64,000 nt of DNA from positions 9,990 through 73,989 of the forward strand of contig JANTFI010000002.1 in assembly GCA_024763505.1 (NCBI GenBank). The letters are read 5' to 3'. This DNA comes from Gammaproteobacteria bacterium. Lineage in GTDB: Bacteria; Pseudomonadota; Gammaproteobacteria; GCA-001735895. Below, piece after piece: positions 11,715-21,505 of this stretch. The number at the start of each line of letters is the position of its first letter. The first letter of the stretch is position 1. The notes beneath the pieces are model-generated. The model was given only the letters and a program-made list of their open reading frames with translations. It made no database searches and had not been told where the DNA came from. The position numbers and the translations under genes are program-made.

Positions 11715-11741
11715 TAAGACCGCCAATATATCAAAAGATTC
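11715..11741 (-). promoter_or_regulatory. possible sigma-E autoregulatory promoter of rpoE
   Basis: Minus strand GAATCT-N16-TCTTA versus consensus GAACTT-N16/17-TCTnA. Confidence 0.45.
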
Positions 11742-11828
11742 TCGACAACAGGAAAATTAATCCCGTCGTGGCGTTTTTGCTCCAATCGAGACATACTTTG
11801 CACATGACTATTTACAAGCCCCCGATCC

Positions 11829-13451
11829 ATGAGTAAACAGTTTCAATTCGATGTCGTCATTGTTGGTGCCGGTGCCGCGGGTATGACCCTGGCCCTGCAA
11901 TTGCCCGAAACCGTATCGGTGGCGATACTGGCCAAAGACAGTGAGCAGCAGTGCTCCACCTATTTCGCCCAGGGCGGCATCTCGGCCGTGCTGGAACAGG
12001 ATGACTCTTTCGAACTGCATGTCGAGGATACGCTCAACGCCGGCGCCGGTCTGTGCGAAATCGAAACAGTCAAAATGGTAGCCGAGTCGGCACCCGAGGT
12101 AATCGAATGGCTGGCTGACCTCGGCATGCCGTTTACCAAGGATCGTCAGGAAGTCACCGCAAGCGGCTATCACCTGACCCGTGAAGGCGGGCACAGCCGC
12201 CGCCGTGTGGTGCACGCCGCCGATGCCACCGGCAAGGCGATGCAAAAAACCCTGCACGCCCATGTCATGGAGCGCGATAATATCCAGTTGTTCGAATACA
12301 CCGTAGCAATCGATCTGATTACCCGTGAACAGCATTGTGTGGGATTGTACGCCTACAACAAGATCAACCATCAAGTTTCGGTTTTCGCCGCCAGAAAAAT
12401 CGTGCTGGCAAGCGGTGGTGCGAACAAGGTGTATCTGTATACCAGCAACCCCGATGGCTCTACCGGTGACGGCATCGCAATGGCCTGGCGTGCCGGTTGT
12501 CGTGTCGCTAATATGGAATTTATCCAGTTCCACCCGACTTGCCTGTTCCACCCCGAAGCCAAATCCTTTTTGATCAGCGAAGCACTACGTGGTGAAGGCG
12601 CTATTTTGCGACTACCGGATGGCTCTCGCTTTATGCACCGCTTCGATGAGCGTGGCGAACTGGCACCACGTGATATCGTCGCACGCGCCATTGATCATGA
12701 AATGAAACGACTCGGCGCTGACTGCCTGTATCTGGATATCACCCATAAAAAACCGGCATTCATCAAGTCGCATTTTCCGAACATTTACGAAAAATGCCGC
12801 GAATTTGATATCGACATCACGCGCCAGCCAATTCCGGTGGTGCCGGCCGCACACTACACTTGTGGCGGCATCATGATCGACCTCAACGGCCAGACTGATG
12901 TGGAAAATCTGTACGCCATCGGTGAGGTATCCTATTCCGGTCTGCATGGTGCCAACCGCATGGCCAGCAACTCGTTGCTCGAATGCCTGACCTATGCCAT
13001 GGCAAGCGCCCGCCATATCCAGCAAACGCTGCCGCAAACCACTGCGCCGGGTCGCCTCAAACAGTGGGATGAATCTCTGGTGACCGATTCCGACGAAGAA
13101 GTCGTGGTTGCTCATAACTGGGATGAGTTGCGCCACTTCATGTGGGATTACGTTGGCATCGTACGTACCAACAAACGCCTGCAACGTGCGCTCAACCGGG
13201 TTTATCTGCTCAAACGCGAAATCGACGAATATTACGGTAATTTTCGGGTCACCTCGGATTTGCTGGAATTGAGAAACCTGGTCGATGTCGCCGAATTGAT
13301 TATCCGGTCTGCACTGGCAAGGCATGAAAGTCGCGGCTTGCACTTTACGCTGGATTTCCCGGAAACCATGAAAAAAGCAACCGCCACCATCCTGACTCCG
13401 GAAGCCAGAGAACCCGACACGGATCAAGCGGTTCGATTGATCACTTCCTGA
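11829..13451 (+). CDS. nadB: L-aspartate oxidase
   Basis: AQGGI, EGGHSRRRVVH, QFHPT, HGANRMASNSLLE; divergent from rpoE. Confidence 0.98.
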   Translation: MSKQFQFDVVIVGAGAAGMTLALQLPETVSVAILAKDSEQQCSTYFAQGGISAVLEQDDSFELHVEDTLNAGAGLCEIETVKMVAESAPEVIEWLADLGMPFTKDRQEVTASGYHLTREGGHSRRRVVHAADATGKAMQKTLHAHVMERDNIQLFEYTVAIDLITREQHCVGLYAYNKINHQVSVFAARKIVLASGGANKVYLYTSNPDGSTGDGIAMAWRAGCRVANMEFIQFHPTCLFHPEAKSFLISEALRGEGAILRLPDGSRFMHRFDERGELAPRDIVARAIDHEMKRLGADCLYLDITHKKPAFIKSHFPNIYEKCREFDIDITRQPIPVVPAAHYTCGGIMIDLNGQTDVENLYAIGEVSYSGLHGANRMASNSLLECLTYAMASARHIQQTLPQTTAPGRLKQWDESLVTDSDEEVVVAHNWDELRHFMWDYVGIVRTNKRLQRALNRVYLLKREIDEYYGNFRVTSDLLELRNLVDVAELIIRSALARHESRGLHFTLDFPETMKKATATILTPEAREPDTDQAVRLITS

Positions 13452-13617
13452 GACTGAAGATGCAGACTTTTCTACATACACCGGTTTTCATTAAGCTGGA
13501 TCTTTCAACAGGCAGGCAATATCAATTATTGGCCGGATATACTTTCCGCAACATACTGCCCACTGCCGAAGTTTTCCTGTTATTCAATCAGACCCGGGTT
13601 GGGTCATCGGTCAACCC

Positions 13618-14034
13618 ATGATTTTCCAATATCCGTTCCGTGTACAGACTCGCCCGCGTTCAACCCGGGATGTGACTGAGCATCTACAACAAGCAATCCG
13701 TCAAAGTGGAATCAGACAAGGTCTTTGCCACGCCTTTATCCACCATACCAGCGCTTCTCTGATCATTACTGAAAATGCCGACCCGGACGTACGCCGGGAC
13801 CTCGAATATTTCCTGTCGAAGCTGGTAATTGATGGTGACCCGGGCTATCGTCATATCCTCGAAGGCAAGGACGACATGAGTGCACATATACGGAGCGTAT
13901 TGACTCAAACCGAAGTATCCATACCTGTCATAGAATCCCGAATCGGGCTTGGCACATGGCAAGGCTTGTTTCTATGGGAACACAGAGACCAGTCTCATCA
14001 ACGCCGTATCACCCTCACCCTGACCGGGGAATAA
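13618..14034 (+). CDS. yjbQ: YjbQ/UPF0047 family protein
   Basis: HTSASLIITENADPDV, AHIRS, LGTWQG. Confidence 0.93.
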   Translation: MIFQYPFRVQTRPRSTRDVTEHLQQAIRQSGIRQGLCHAFIHHTSASLIITENADPDVRRDLEYFLSKLVIDGDPGYRHILEGKDDMSAHIRSVLTQTEVSIPVIESRIGLGTWQGLFLWEHRDQSHQRRITLTLTGE

Positions 14035-14191
14035 CCCCGCTTTCTACAATAAATTTCATTGATAGTGGTATTTCGCACATCCATTGTCATATCCCTACGG
14101 ATTGAATTATCATAATCGGCTATTTTGGCCAGTGGCTGCGTTTACAAGACGGCCCGGTCTGCATAAAACAAACCAGAAAAGGGGGTTCTTC

Positions 14192-16123
14192 ATGGCACAG
14201 TCTGAGTTTACATTTAGAAGATACAAAGACGGAGATCATCGTTACCACTCGATGAGCGAAGACATCTTCGAACAGGACACGACTTACAAATGCCCGACCT
14301 ACGTCAACCGAACCCCGCCCTGTCAGGGTAGTTGCCCTTCCGGAGAAGATATTCGCGGCTGGCTCAGCATCGTGCGCGGCATCGAGAAGCCGGCTGAAGG
14401 CCAGGATAAATTCGAATACGCTTTTTACCGTTCCACTGATGCCAACCCGTTTCCCGCCATCATGGGACGTGTTTGTCCCGCACCGTGTCAGGAAGGCTGC
14501 AACCGCAACGAAGTGGAAGACTTTGTCGGCATCAATTCGGTCGAACAATTCATCGGTGATACCGCGCGTGAAATAGGCTTGAAATTTGCCAATAACGCAA
14601 AAGACAGTGGCAAACATGTCGGCATCATCGGTGGCGGTGTGGGCGGCCTCGCCTGCGCTTATCAGTTACGCCGCATGGGACACGCGGTCACAGTGTATGA
14701 CAACCACAAGGAACTCGGTGGCATGATGCGCTATGGCATACCCGGCTATCGCACCCCGCGTGATGTCATGGACCATGAAATCACACGCATTCTCGAGATG
14801 GGCGTAGAAGTCAGTCTGAACACCTTCGTCGGCAAGGACATCAGCATGGACGAGTTGCGCCAAAAACACGATGCCGTGGTCATCGCCATTGGTGCCCAGG
14901 CCGGACGCAATATCCCGATTCCCGGCGGCGATGCGCCCAACTGCATCACCGGTGTCGCGTTTCTGGATGCCTACAATGACGGACGCCTCAAGGCAGTCTC
15001 CAAAAAGGTCGTGGTCATCGGCGGTGGTGATACCGCTATGGACGTGGTCTCGGTGGCACGTCGTCTCGGCCACATCAAGAATATCCATGAGAACGATCGC
15101 CCCGAAAACGTGGTGCTGAACCAGACCGCTCAAGATGTCGCCGTCACCGCAAGCAAGGAAGGCGCGGACGTCATTCTGGCGTATCGCCGCCCGGTCGATC
15201 AAATGCCAGCCGCACTGCACGAAGTCGAAGCGGCCGAACGCGAAGGCGTCGAACTGCGCGGTAGTCTGGTACCGGTGTGCGTTGTCAAGGGCGACGATGG
15301 CCGTGCCCGCGCCCTGCGCGTTGCCAAAGCCGACTGGAGCAATGGCCAGATGGACATCATCGAGGGCTCCGAACATGAAATCGAGTGCGACCTGATCGTT
15401 TCGGCGATTGGGCAAGGCGGCGACCTGACCGGCATGGAATATCTCGACAATGGACGTGGCCTGATCGATGCTGATAAATATTATCAAGTACCCAACGAAG
15501 AAGGTCTGTTCGTGATCGGCGACATCGTGCGCCCTCACCTGTTGACGACCGCCATTGGCCAGGCCTCGGTCGCGGCTGACAGTATCGACCACTTCCTGTC
15601 GCATCAAAACTATGGCAAACGCCCAAAAGTCGATGTACATCACTTCGATCTGCTGCAGAAACTGCACGAAACGGACCTGGAACCCAAACCTTATACCCAC
15701 GAAGAAGTCTGGGGAACCAGCGAAGCCGATTTCGCCATCCACAATTATGAAGACCGCTCGCAGCAGGAAATCATCCCGGCTGAAAAACTGTTTCTCGGGC
15801 ATTTCGAAAAGACACCGCGCCATCTGCGCCCGGAATCTTTAATCGAATCCGACAATGTCATCGATTCTTATGAAGAGCGCTTTCAGGGGCTGGCCGAACA
15901 GGATGCCGTCGACGAAGCCGAACGCTGCATGAGTTGCGGCATGTGTTTCGAATGCGACAATTGCGTGATTTACTGCCCGCAAGATGCCGTGCACCGCACA
16001 AAAAAAGATCAGTCCACGCTGGGGCGCTATGTATTCACCGATTATTCGCGTTGTATTGGCTGCCATATCTGCTCTGATGTCTGCCCGACCGGTTACATCA
16101 ATATGGCGATGGGCGAACACTAG
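14192..16123 (+). CDS. dsrL: iron-sulfur flavoprotein DsrL (NAD(P)H:acceptor oxidoreductase of dissimilatory sulfur metabolism)
   Basis: KCPTYVNRTPPCQGSCPSGEDIRGWL N-terminus, two Rossmann motifs, C-terminal CMSCGMCFECDNC and CIGCHICSDVCP; start set to ATG 14192 after a GGGGG SD-like run. Confidence 0.88.
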   Translation: MAQSEFTFRRYKDGDHRYHSMSEDIFEQDTTYKCPTYVNRTPPCQGSCPSGEDIRGWLSIVRGIEKPAEGQDKFEYAFYRSTDANPFPAIMGRVCPAPCQEGCNRNEVEDFVGINSVEQFIGDTAREIGLKFANNAKDSGKHVGIIGGGVGGLACAYQLRRMGHAVTVYDNHKELGGMMRYGIPGYRTPRDVMDHEITRILEMGVEVSLNTFVGKDISMDELRQKHDAVVIAIGAQAGRNIPIPGGDAPNCITGVAFLDAYNDGRLKAVSKKVVVIGGGDTAMDVVSVARRLGHIKNIHENDRPENVVLNQTAQDVAVTASKEGADVILAYRRPVDQMPAALHEVEAAEREGVELRGSLVPVCVVKGDDGRARALRVAKADWSNGQMDIIEGSEHEIECDLIVSAIGQGGDLTGMEYLDNGRGLIDADKYYQVPNEEGLFVIGDIVRPHLLTTAIGQASVAADSIDHFLSHQNYGKRPKVDVHHFDLLQKLHETDLEPKPYTHEEVWGTSEADFAIHNYEDRSQQEIIPAEKLFLGHFEKTPRHLRPESLIESDNVIDSYEERFQGLAEQDAVDEAERCMSCGMCFECDNCVIYCPQDAVHRTKKDQSTLGRYVFTDYSRCIGCHICSDVCPTGYINMAMGEH

Positions 16124-16198
16124 ACAGCGATCCACTTTTTTGCAGCTTGATACCCCTGGTATCCGGCTTTTTTGTTGTATTGATAATGAGGAAAACAC

Positions 16199-16840
16199 AT
16201 GAAACTGATTTTATTGGGCGCCCCCGGCGCAGGTAAAGGTACCGTAGCCAAACTGCTGACCAAGATGGATGGCTCGGTACAAATCTCGACCGGTGATATC
16301 CTGCGTGGTGCGGTCGCAGCCGGCACCGAACTGGGCAAGCAAGCCGAAGCCGCGATGAAAGCCGGAGACCTGGTCTCGGATGACTTGATCATGGGCATCA
16401 TGAAAGATCGTCTGCAGGAAGATGACTGCAAGAACGGCTATCTTTTGGATGGCTTTCCACGCACAATCCCACAGGCAGAAGCATTGAAAAAACTGCTCGC
16501 CGATATGGGCGAAGAACTGGATTTCGTTGTCAACATCGATGTACCACGTGATGTGATTCTCGACCGCTTGACCACCCGTCGTACCTGTGAAGACTGTGGT
16601 GCCATTTACAATGTAAAATCCAACCCGACCAAGGTCGAAGGTGTTTGTGACGCCTGTGGTGGCAAGGTCGTTCAGCGTGATGATGAAACCGAAGAAGCCA
16701 TCAGCAACCGTCTCGATGTGTACAATGAAAAAACCGCACCGCTGGCTGACTTTTATGAAAAGGAAGGCATGCTGTTAACGGTTTCCGCGACTTCGAGCGA
16801 TGCTGTGATCGATGCGATCAAGGAAAAACTGGGCAAGTAA
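16199..16840 (+). CDS. adk: adenylate kinase with four-Cys Zn-binding LID
   Basis: GAPGAGKGT, ISTGDILR, LLDGFPRT, CEDC..CDAC, QRDDE. Confidence 0.96.
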   Translation: MKLILLGAPGAGKGTVAKLLTKMDGSVQISTGDILRGAVAAGTELGKQAEAAMKAGDLVSDDLIMGIMKDRLQEDDCKNGYLLDGFPRTIPQAEALKKLLADMGEELDFVVNIDVPRDVILDRLTTRRTCEDCGAIYNVKSNPTKVEGVCDACGGKVVQRDDETEEAISNRLDVYNEKTAPLADFYEKEGMLLTVSATSSDAVIDAIKEKLGK

Positions 16841-16855
16841 GCAACCACCCGGTGC

Positions 16856-16886
16856 AAAAAAGCCGGCACGAAGCCGGCTTTTTTTT
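16856..16886 (+). terminator. Rho-independent terminator after adk
   Basis: AAAAAAGCCGGC-ACGAA-GCCGGCTTTTTTTT. Confidence 0.9.
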
Positions 16887-17148
16887 ACCCGGAAAACACC
16901 TTGTACCTGGATATTCTGGCTTACCAAAGCAAGCATTCCCCACTCGTGAACCTTTAACCGGTTTACATTAATCATAACAGGGCGTTTCGTGATCTGTTGA
17001 CGTCAATGATATCCATCCTGGCGACCGCTAATCAAATGGGTTTGCAGTATCCACTCAGGGTACAGATTCCAGCCGCGTAATGACTCTTTGCTGCGTTATG
17101 GTTACAGAACCGGAATTTGGAACAGGACTTGAGGTAAGCATATAAACA

Positions 17149-17322
17149 ATGTTTGTCTACCGTATTGAAAAAACCTTCGAGCGCTTGAAACTATCTGTTT
17201 TCAATCTATCCTTTAGCCTGTTACATTGGACCGCCGAATTCGCTGGCAGTGATCAGAAAACACCGGTGTACCAGCCGAGAGACTTTGATGAACACTATAA
17301 ACACAGAAACACCAACGGGTAA
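17149..17322 (+). CDS. putative 57-aa leader peptide (uORF) of nhaA
   Basis: ATG 17149 to TAA 17322, below the ORF-track length cutoff; GAGGT 13 nt upstream; stop is 10 nt before the nhaA ATG. Confidence 0.45.
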   Translation: MFVYRIEKTFERLKLSVFNLSFSLLHWTAEFAGSDQKTPVYQPRDFDEHYKHRNTNG

Positions 17323-17332
17323 TGAGGATTGA

Positions 17333-18694
17333 ATGAACAAAAATAACGGCAAAGAATACACGGCCCAGTGGGAACAGGCTTTCGACAAGGTGCTGTCGCC
17401 TCTGGAAGACTTTATCCATCGCCAGACCACCAGTGGTGTTTTACTCATGTTGTGTGCCATTGTGGCACTGTATCTGGCCAACAGCCAGTGGAGCGAAGCC
17501 TACCTGCACCTGTTGCACGTTCCCTTTACCATCGGTTTCCCCGGTTTCCAGTTATCCAAGTCACTGCATCACTGGATCAACGATGGCCTGATGGCGATCT
17601 TTTTCTTTGTGGTCGGACTCGAGTTGAAACGCGAAATTCTGGTCGGCGAACTGGCCGATATCAAGCAAGCCATGTTCCCCATCATCGCTGCGATCGGTGG
17701 CATGGTGGTGCCGGTCGCCATTTACATCAGCATCAACCCCGAAGGGCCAGCCTCCAAGGGCTGGGGGATTCCGATGGCGACTGACATCGCCTTCGCACTG
17801 GGTGCTCTGGCCTTGCTGGGCAAACGCATTCCCGCCAATCTGCTGACCTTTCTGGTCGCACTGGCAATCGTCGATGACCTCGGTGCGGTCATTGTCATCG
17901 CCCTGTTTTACACCGATACCTTGAATATCCCTGCACTGATCACCGTGGGCATCATGCTGTTTGTTCTGATCAGTCTCAATCTGGGTGGAATTCGCCGCTC
18001 CCTTCCCTATATTCTGTTTGGCATTATCATGTGGGTTGCGATGCTGAAAAGTGGCGTACATGCGACTCTGGCCGGTATTCTGCTGGCCTTTACCATCCCG
18101 ATCCGACCGAAATATGACGCTGAACGCCTTATTCAGCACGTTCAGGAAAAAATGGGGCAAATCAAACAGGCTTTTCAAAAAGACGCCAATATCGTCAATA
18201 ACCATGAGCTGCGTTCACAGGTGCAGGCACTCGGAGAAGGTGTCAATCTGGTGCAGGCGCCGGCCCAGTTGCTGGAACGCAGATTGCACCTGCCTTCGGC
18301 CTATCTGGTCATCCCGATCTTCGCACTGGCCAATGCCGGTATCCCGATCGACATTTCAGCGCTGGGTGCTACGATCACTCACCCGGTGTCTCTGGGCATT
18401 GCCGGCGGGCTGGTAATCGGCAAATTGATCGGTATCGTCGGTTTCTCCTGGCTGGCGGTAAAAATGAGCATGGTGTCGCTGCCGAGCGGGCTGAATTTCA
18501 AACACATTATCGGGGTCGGCCTGATGGGTGGCATTGGTTTTACGATGTCGATTTTCATCGCCGAGCTGGGCTTTGCCGGAGCGCCTACTGAGTTGCTGAT
18601 GGCCAAGAGCGGGGTCTTGCTGGCTTCGCTGGTGGCGGGTGTTTCGGGCTTTATCTGGTTGTATCTGACATCTTCCCAAGCAAAACCGGAATGA
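17333..18694 (+). CDS. nhaA: Na+/H+ antiporter NhaA (long-loop type)
   Basis: WINDGLMAIFF, GIPMATDIAF, LAIVDDLGA, GIGFTMSIFI. Confidence 0.97.
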   Translation: MNKNNGKEYTAQWEQAFDKVLSPLEDFIHRQTTSGVLLMLCAIVALYLANSQWSEAYLHLLHVPFTIGFPGFQLSKSLHHWINDGLMAIFFFVVGLELKREILVGELADIKQAMFPIIAAIGGMVVPVAIYISINPEGPASKGWGIPMATDIAFALGALALLGKRIPANLLTFLVALAIVDDLGAVIVIALFYTDTLNIPALITVGIMLFVLISLNLGGIRRSLPYILFGIIMWVAMLKSGVHATLAGILLAFTIPIRPKYDAERLIQHVQEKMGQIKQAFQKDANIVNNHELRSQVQALGEGVNLVQAPAQLLERRLHLPSAYLVIPIFALANAGIPIDISALGATITHPVSLGIAGGLVIGKLIGIVGFSWLAVKMSMVSLPSGLNFKHIIGVGLMGGIGFTMSIFIAELGFAGAPTELLMAKSGVLLASLVAGVSGFIWLYLTSSQAKPE

Positions 18695-18696
18695 TG

Positions 18697-19764
18697 CTAT
18701 TTCCGTGATGCCGTTGTTTCGGCACGCGGAAACACCACCAGATGGTCAAACTCCAGCCGGATGCCGATCGCTTCATTGATTTTATGATCGTGGTGACTGG
18801 GCACCAGTGACATCACTTCGATGCCACTGGGCATACGCAGGGTGTAGAGAAAATCCGAACCGCGAAAGGCACGCTCGACCACGATTGCGGTATCTTCGGC
18901 ACTATCGTCATGCACGATGTCATCCGGCCGAATCAACACATCGACCGGGCAACCTGGCTTGCAGCCATCCGGCACCAGTCCGTGAATATTGCCCAGTTCG
19001 GTATTGACGGTATTACCACCGACCACCATGCCCGGCACGATCACCCCTTCACCGATAAAATCCGCCACAAAACGATTGGCCGGTTTGTGATACAGGTTAT
19101 AGGCACTGTCATGCTGCTGGATCACGCCTTCATTCATGACGCAGATTTCATCGGCCATAGCAAAGGCTTCATTCTGGTCATGGGTGACCAGAATCGCGGT
19201 GATATTTTCCTGTTTGAGAATATGCCTCACCTCGCGTGCCAATTGTTCGCGCAATTCCACATCCATGCTGGAAAAGGGTTCATCCAGCAACAGAATCGAG
19301 GGCCGCGGCGCCATCGCCCGTGCCAGTGCCACCCGCTGCTGCTGACCACCCGACAATTGGTGCGGGTAAGCCTGAGCCGAGGTCGGCATACCGATCATCG
19401 CCAGTAATTCCTGGCTGCGTGACAACTGCTCTTTTTTCGACCAGCCACGCAAGCCGAAACAGATATTTTCCTGCACGGTGAGATTCGGAAACAGAGCGAA
19501 ATCCTGAAACACCATACCGATGTTGCGCCGTTCCGGTGGCGTATTTCGCTTCCTGTCGCTGACCACCTGCTGGTCGATCAGTATTTGGCCGCTGGACGGG
19601 CGTTCAAACCCGGCGATGGTGCGCAGTACCGTGGTCTTGCCGCAACCACTGGGGCCGAGCAGACAACCGATGCGCCCCTCCGACAGAGAAAATGACAGAT
19701 CGGAAATAATTTGTTTACTGCCATAGCAGACATCGATATGGCTGACTTCGAGACGATGTTTCAT
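18697..19764 (-). CDS. fbpC: Fe3+ ABC transporter ATPase
   Basis: GPSGCGKTT, LSGGQQQRVALARA, C-terminal TOBE domain. Confidence 0.9.
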   Translation of the reverse strand: MKHRLEVSHIDVCYGSKQIISDLSFSLSEGRIGCLLGPSGCGKTTVLRTIAGFERPSSGQILIDQQVVSDRKRNTPPERRNIGMVFQDFALFPNLTVQENICFGLRGWSKKEQLSRSQELLAMIGMPTSAQAYPHQLSGGQQQRVALARAMAPRPSILLLDEPFSSMDVELREQLAREVRHILKQENITAILVTHDQNEAFAMADEICVMNEGVIQQHDSAYNLYHKPANRFVADFIGEGVIVPGMVVGGNTVNTELGNIHGLVPDGCKPGCPVDVLIRPDDIVHDDSAEDTAIVVERAFRGSDFLYTLRMPSGIEVMSLVPSHHDHKINEAIGIRLEFDHLVVFPRAETTASRK

Positions 19765-21410
19765 GTTGAACCTGCACGCGACTGGGCAATACTGCGAGAA
19801 AGATAAATCACCGGCAACAGCCCGACCAGCACGATCATCAGTGCCGCGGTGGAAGAATCCGCCAGGCGCTCATCCGAGGCCAGTTCAAAGGCGCGGACAG
19901 CCAGTGTGTTGAAATTGAAGGGTCGCAGAATCAGCGTGGCAGGCAATTCTTTCATGACATCGACGAAAACGATCAGCAGCGCCGTCAACAGCGAGCCTTT
20001 CATTAATGGCATGTGCACCTTCTTCAGGGTTTCACGTGGTCGATAGCCGAGCGAGCGGGCGGCATCGTCCATCGAGGGCTTGATCTTGTCGAGCCCCGAT
20101 TCCACCGTTTGCAGACTGACTGCCAGAAAGCGCACCAGATAGGCGAAAACCAGTGCGAACAGGGTTCCGCTCAGTAGCAACCCGGTCGAATAATCGAAAT
20201 GCTCACGCATCCAGCCATCCAGCGTATTATCCAGCCAGGCAAACGGAATAATCACGCCCACCGCGATCACCGTACCTGGTATCGCATAACCGATCGCGGC
20301 GACCCGAATCGACACAAACACGGTACGGCTTTTCAGCACACGTCGGCCATAGGCCAGAAACAACGCCAGCATCACCGATAGTAGCGCCGTCCCCAGGCCG
20401 AGGAAAACCGTGTGCAGGGTCAACTTGATAAAGGATGCATCAACCATTTCTTCCCAGGTCTGCAATGCCCAGGCCAGCAATTGACCGGCTGGCAGTAAAA
20501 ACCCGGCCGCCACCGGCAGCAGGCAAACCACGAAAGCCAGCACAGCTCGCATGCCATGCAACGGGTATTCCGGCAGGCGGGTATATTTATTGGTGGTGTG
20601 ATGATATTTGGCCTGACGGCGCGACAGGCGCTCGATAATCACCAGCGTGAAAACAAACATCAACAGCATCGCCGACATCTTCGCCGCCGCCACGCTGTCG
20701 CCCATGCCAAACCAGGTGCGGAAAATGCCGGTGGTGAAAACACCGAGACCGAAATAGGAAACGGTGCCATAGTCGGCCAGGGTTTCCATCAGTGCCAGCG
20801 ACAATCCGGCGACGATGGCCGGGCGCGCCAGTGGTAAGGCTACGCGGTAAAAGCTGCTCCAGGCATTGCAGCCGAGTGTGCGACTGACTTCCAGCACGCA
20901 GATGGATTGCTCCAGAAACGCCGCCCGCGCTAGCAGATACACATAAGGATATAGCACCAGCGACAGCATCGTGATCGCGCCGCCAAGCGAGCGGATCTCG
21001 GGAAAATAGTAATCGCCATATCGCCAGCCGGTCCACTCGCGTATCGCACTTTGCACCGGGCCTGCAAAATCGAACATGCCGGTATAGGTATAAGCGATTA
21101 TATAGGCAGGCATCGCCAGCGGCAGTAGCAACAGCCAGACAAAATAACGCTTGCCGGGAAATCGGCACATCGCCGTTAACCATGCGGTCGACACGCCGAT
21201 ACCGAGCGTGCCAATGGCCACGCCAAGCGCCAGCAAGGCAGAGTTCTCCAGATAATCCGGCAAAACGGTCTGCTTTAAGTGCTGCCAGTTTTCACCCGAC
21301 GGCTCAAACACAAAACCCGCGATCGTCAACGCGGGAATACTCAGCAGCAGGGCTACCAGCACGATGCCGGGTTGCCATAATCTGGCCATCAAGCCATTGT
21401 TCGTTTTCAC
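19761..21410 (-). CDS. fbpB: Fe3+ ABC transporter permease
   Basis: Duplicated permease; LYPYVYL, METLADYG, KELPATLILRPFNF. Confidence 0.92.
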   Translation of the reverse strand: MKTNNGLMARLWQPGIVLVALLLSIPALTIAGFVFEPSGENWQHLKQTVLPDYLENSALLALGVAIGTLGIGVSTAWLTAMCRFPGKRYFVWLLLLPLAMPAYIIAYTYTGMFDFAGPVQSAIREWTGWRYGDYYFPEIRSLGGAITMLSLVLYPYVYLLARAAFLEQSICVLEVSRTLGCNAWSSFYRVALPLARPAIVAGLSLALMETLADYGTVSYFGLGVFTTGIFRTWFGMGDSVAAAKMSAMLLMFVFTLVIIERLSRRQAKYHHTTNKYTRLPEYPLHGMRAVLAFVVCLLPVAAGFLLPAGQLLAWALQTWEEMVDASFIKLTLHTVFLGLGTALLSVMLALFLAYGRRVLKSRTVFVSIRVAAIGYAIPGTVIAVGVIIPFAWLDNTLDGWMREHFDYSTGLLLSGTLFALVFAYLVRFLAVSLQTVESGLDKIKPSMDDAARSLGYRPRETLKKVHMPLMKGSLLTALLIVFVDVMKELPATLILRPFNFNTLAVRAFELASDERLADSSTAALMIVLVGLLPVIYLSRSIAQSRAGST

Positions 21411-21433
21411 ATTCTCAATCTTTTAACACAACG

Positions 21434-21464
21434 CAGGCCGGTCACGCGAAACGTGACCGGCCTG
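21434..21464. other. 13-bp GC-rich hairpin between fbpA and fbpB (mRNA-stabilising or attenuating)
   Basis: CAGGCCGGTCACG-CGAAA-CGTGACCGGCCTG. Confidence 0.65.
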
Positions 21465-21505
21465 ACTTCAAAAGCGGGGTTGTCAACCCCGAATGTTTGC
21501 AGAAA

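Noticed and set aside
17228-17290. Assignment to a known riboswitch (nhaA-I, nhaA-II, yybP-ykoY)
   Set aside because: Only short partial resemblance; the conserved cores could not be matched by eye, so it is reported as an unassigned leader.
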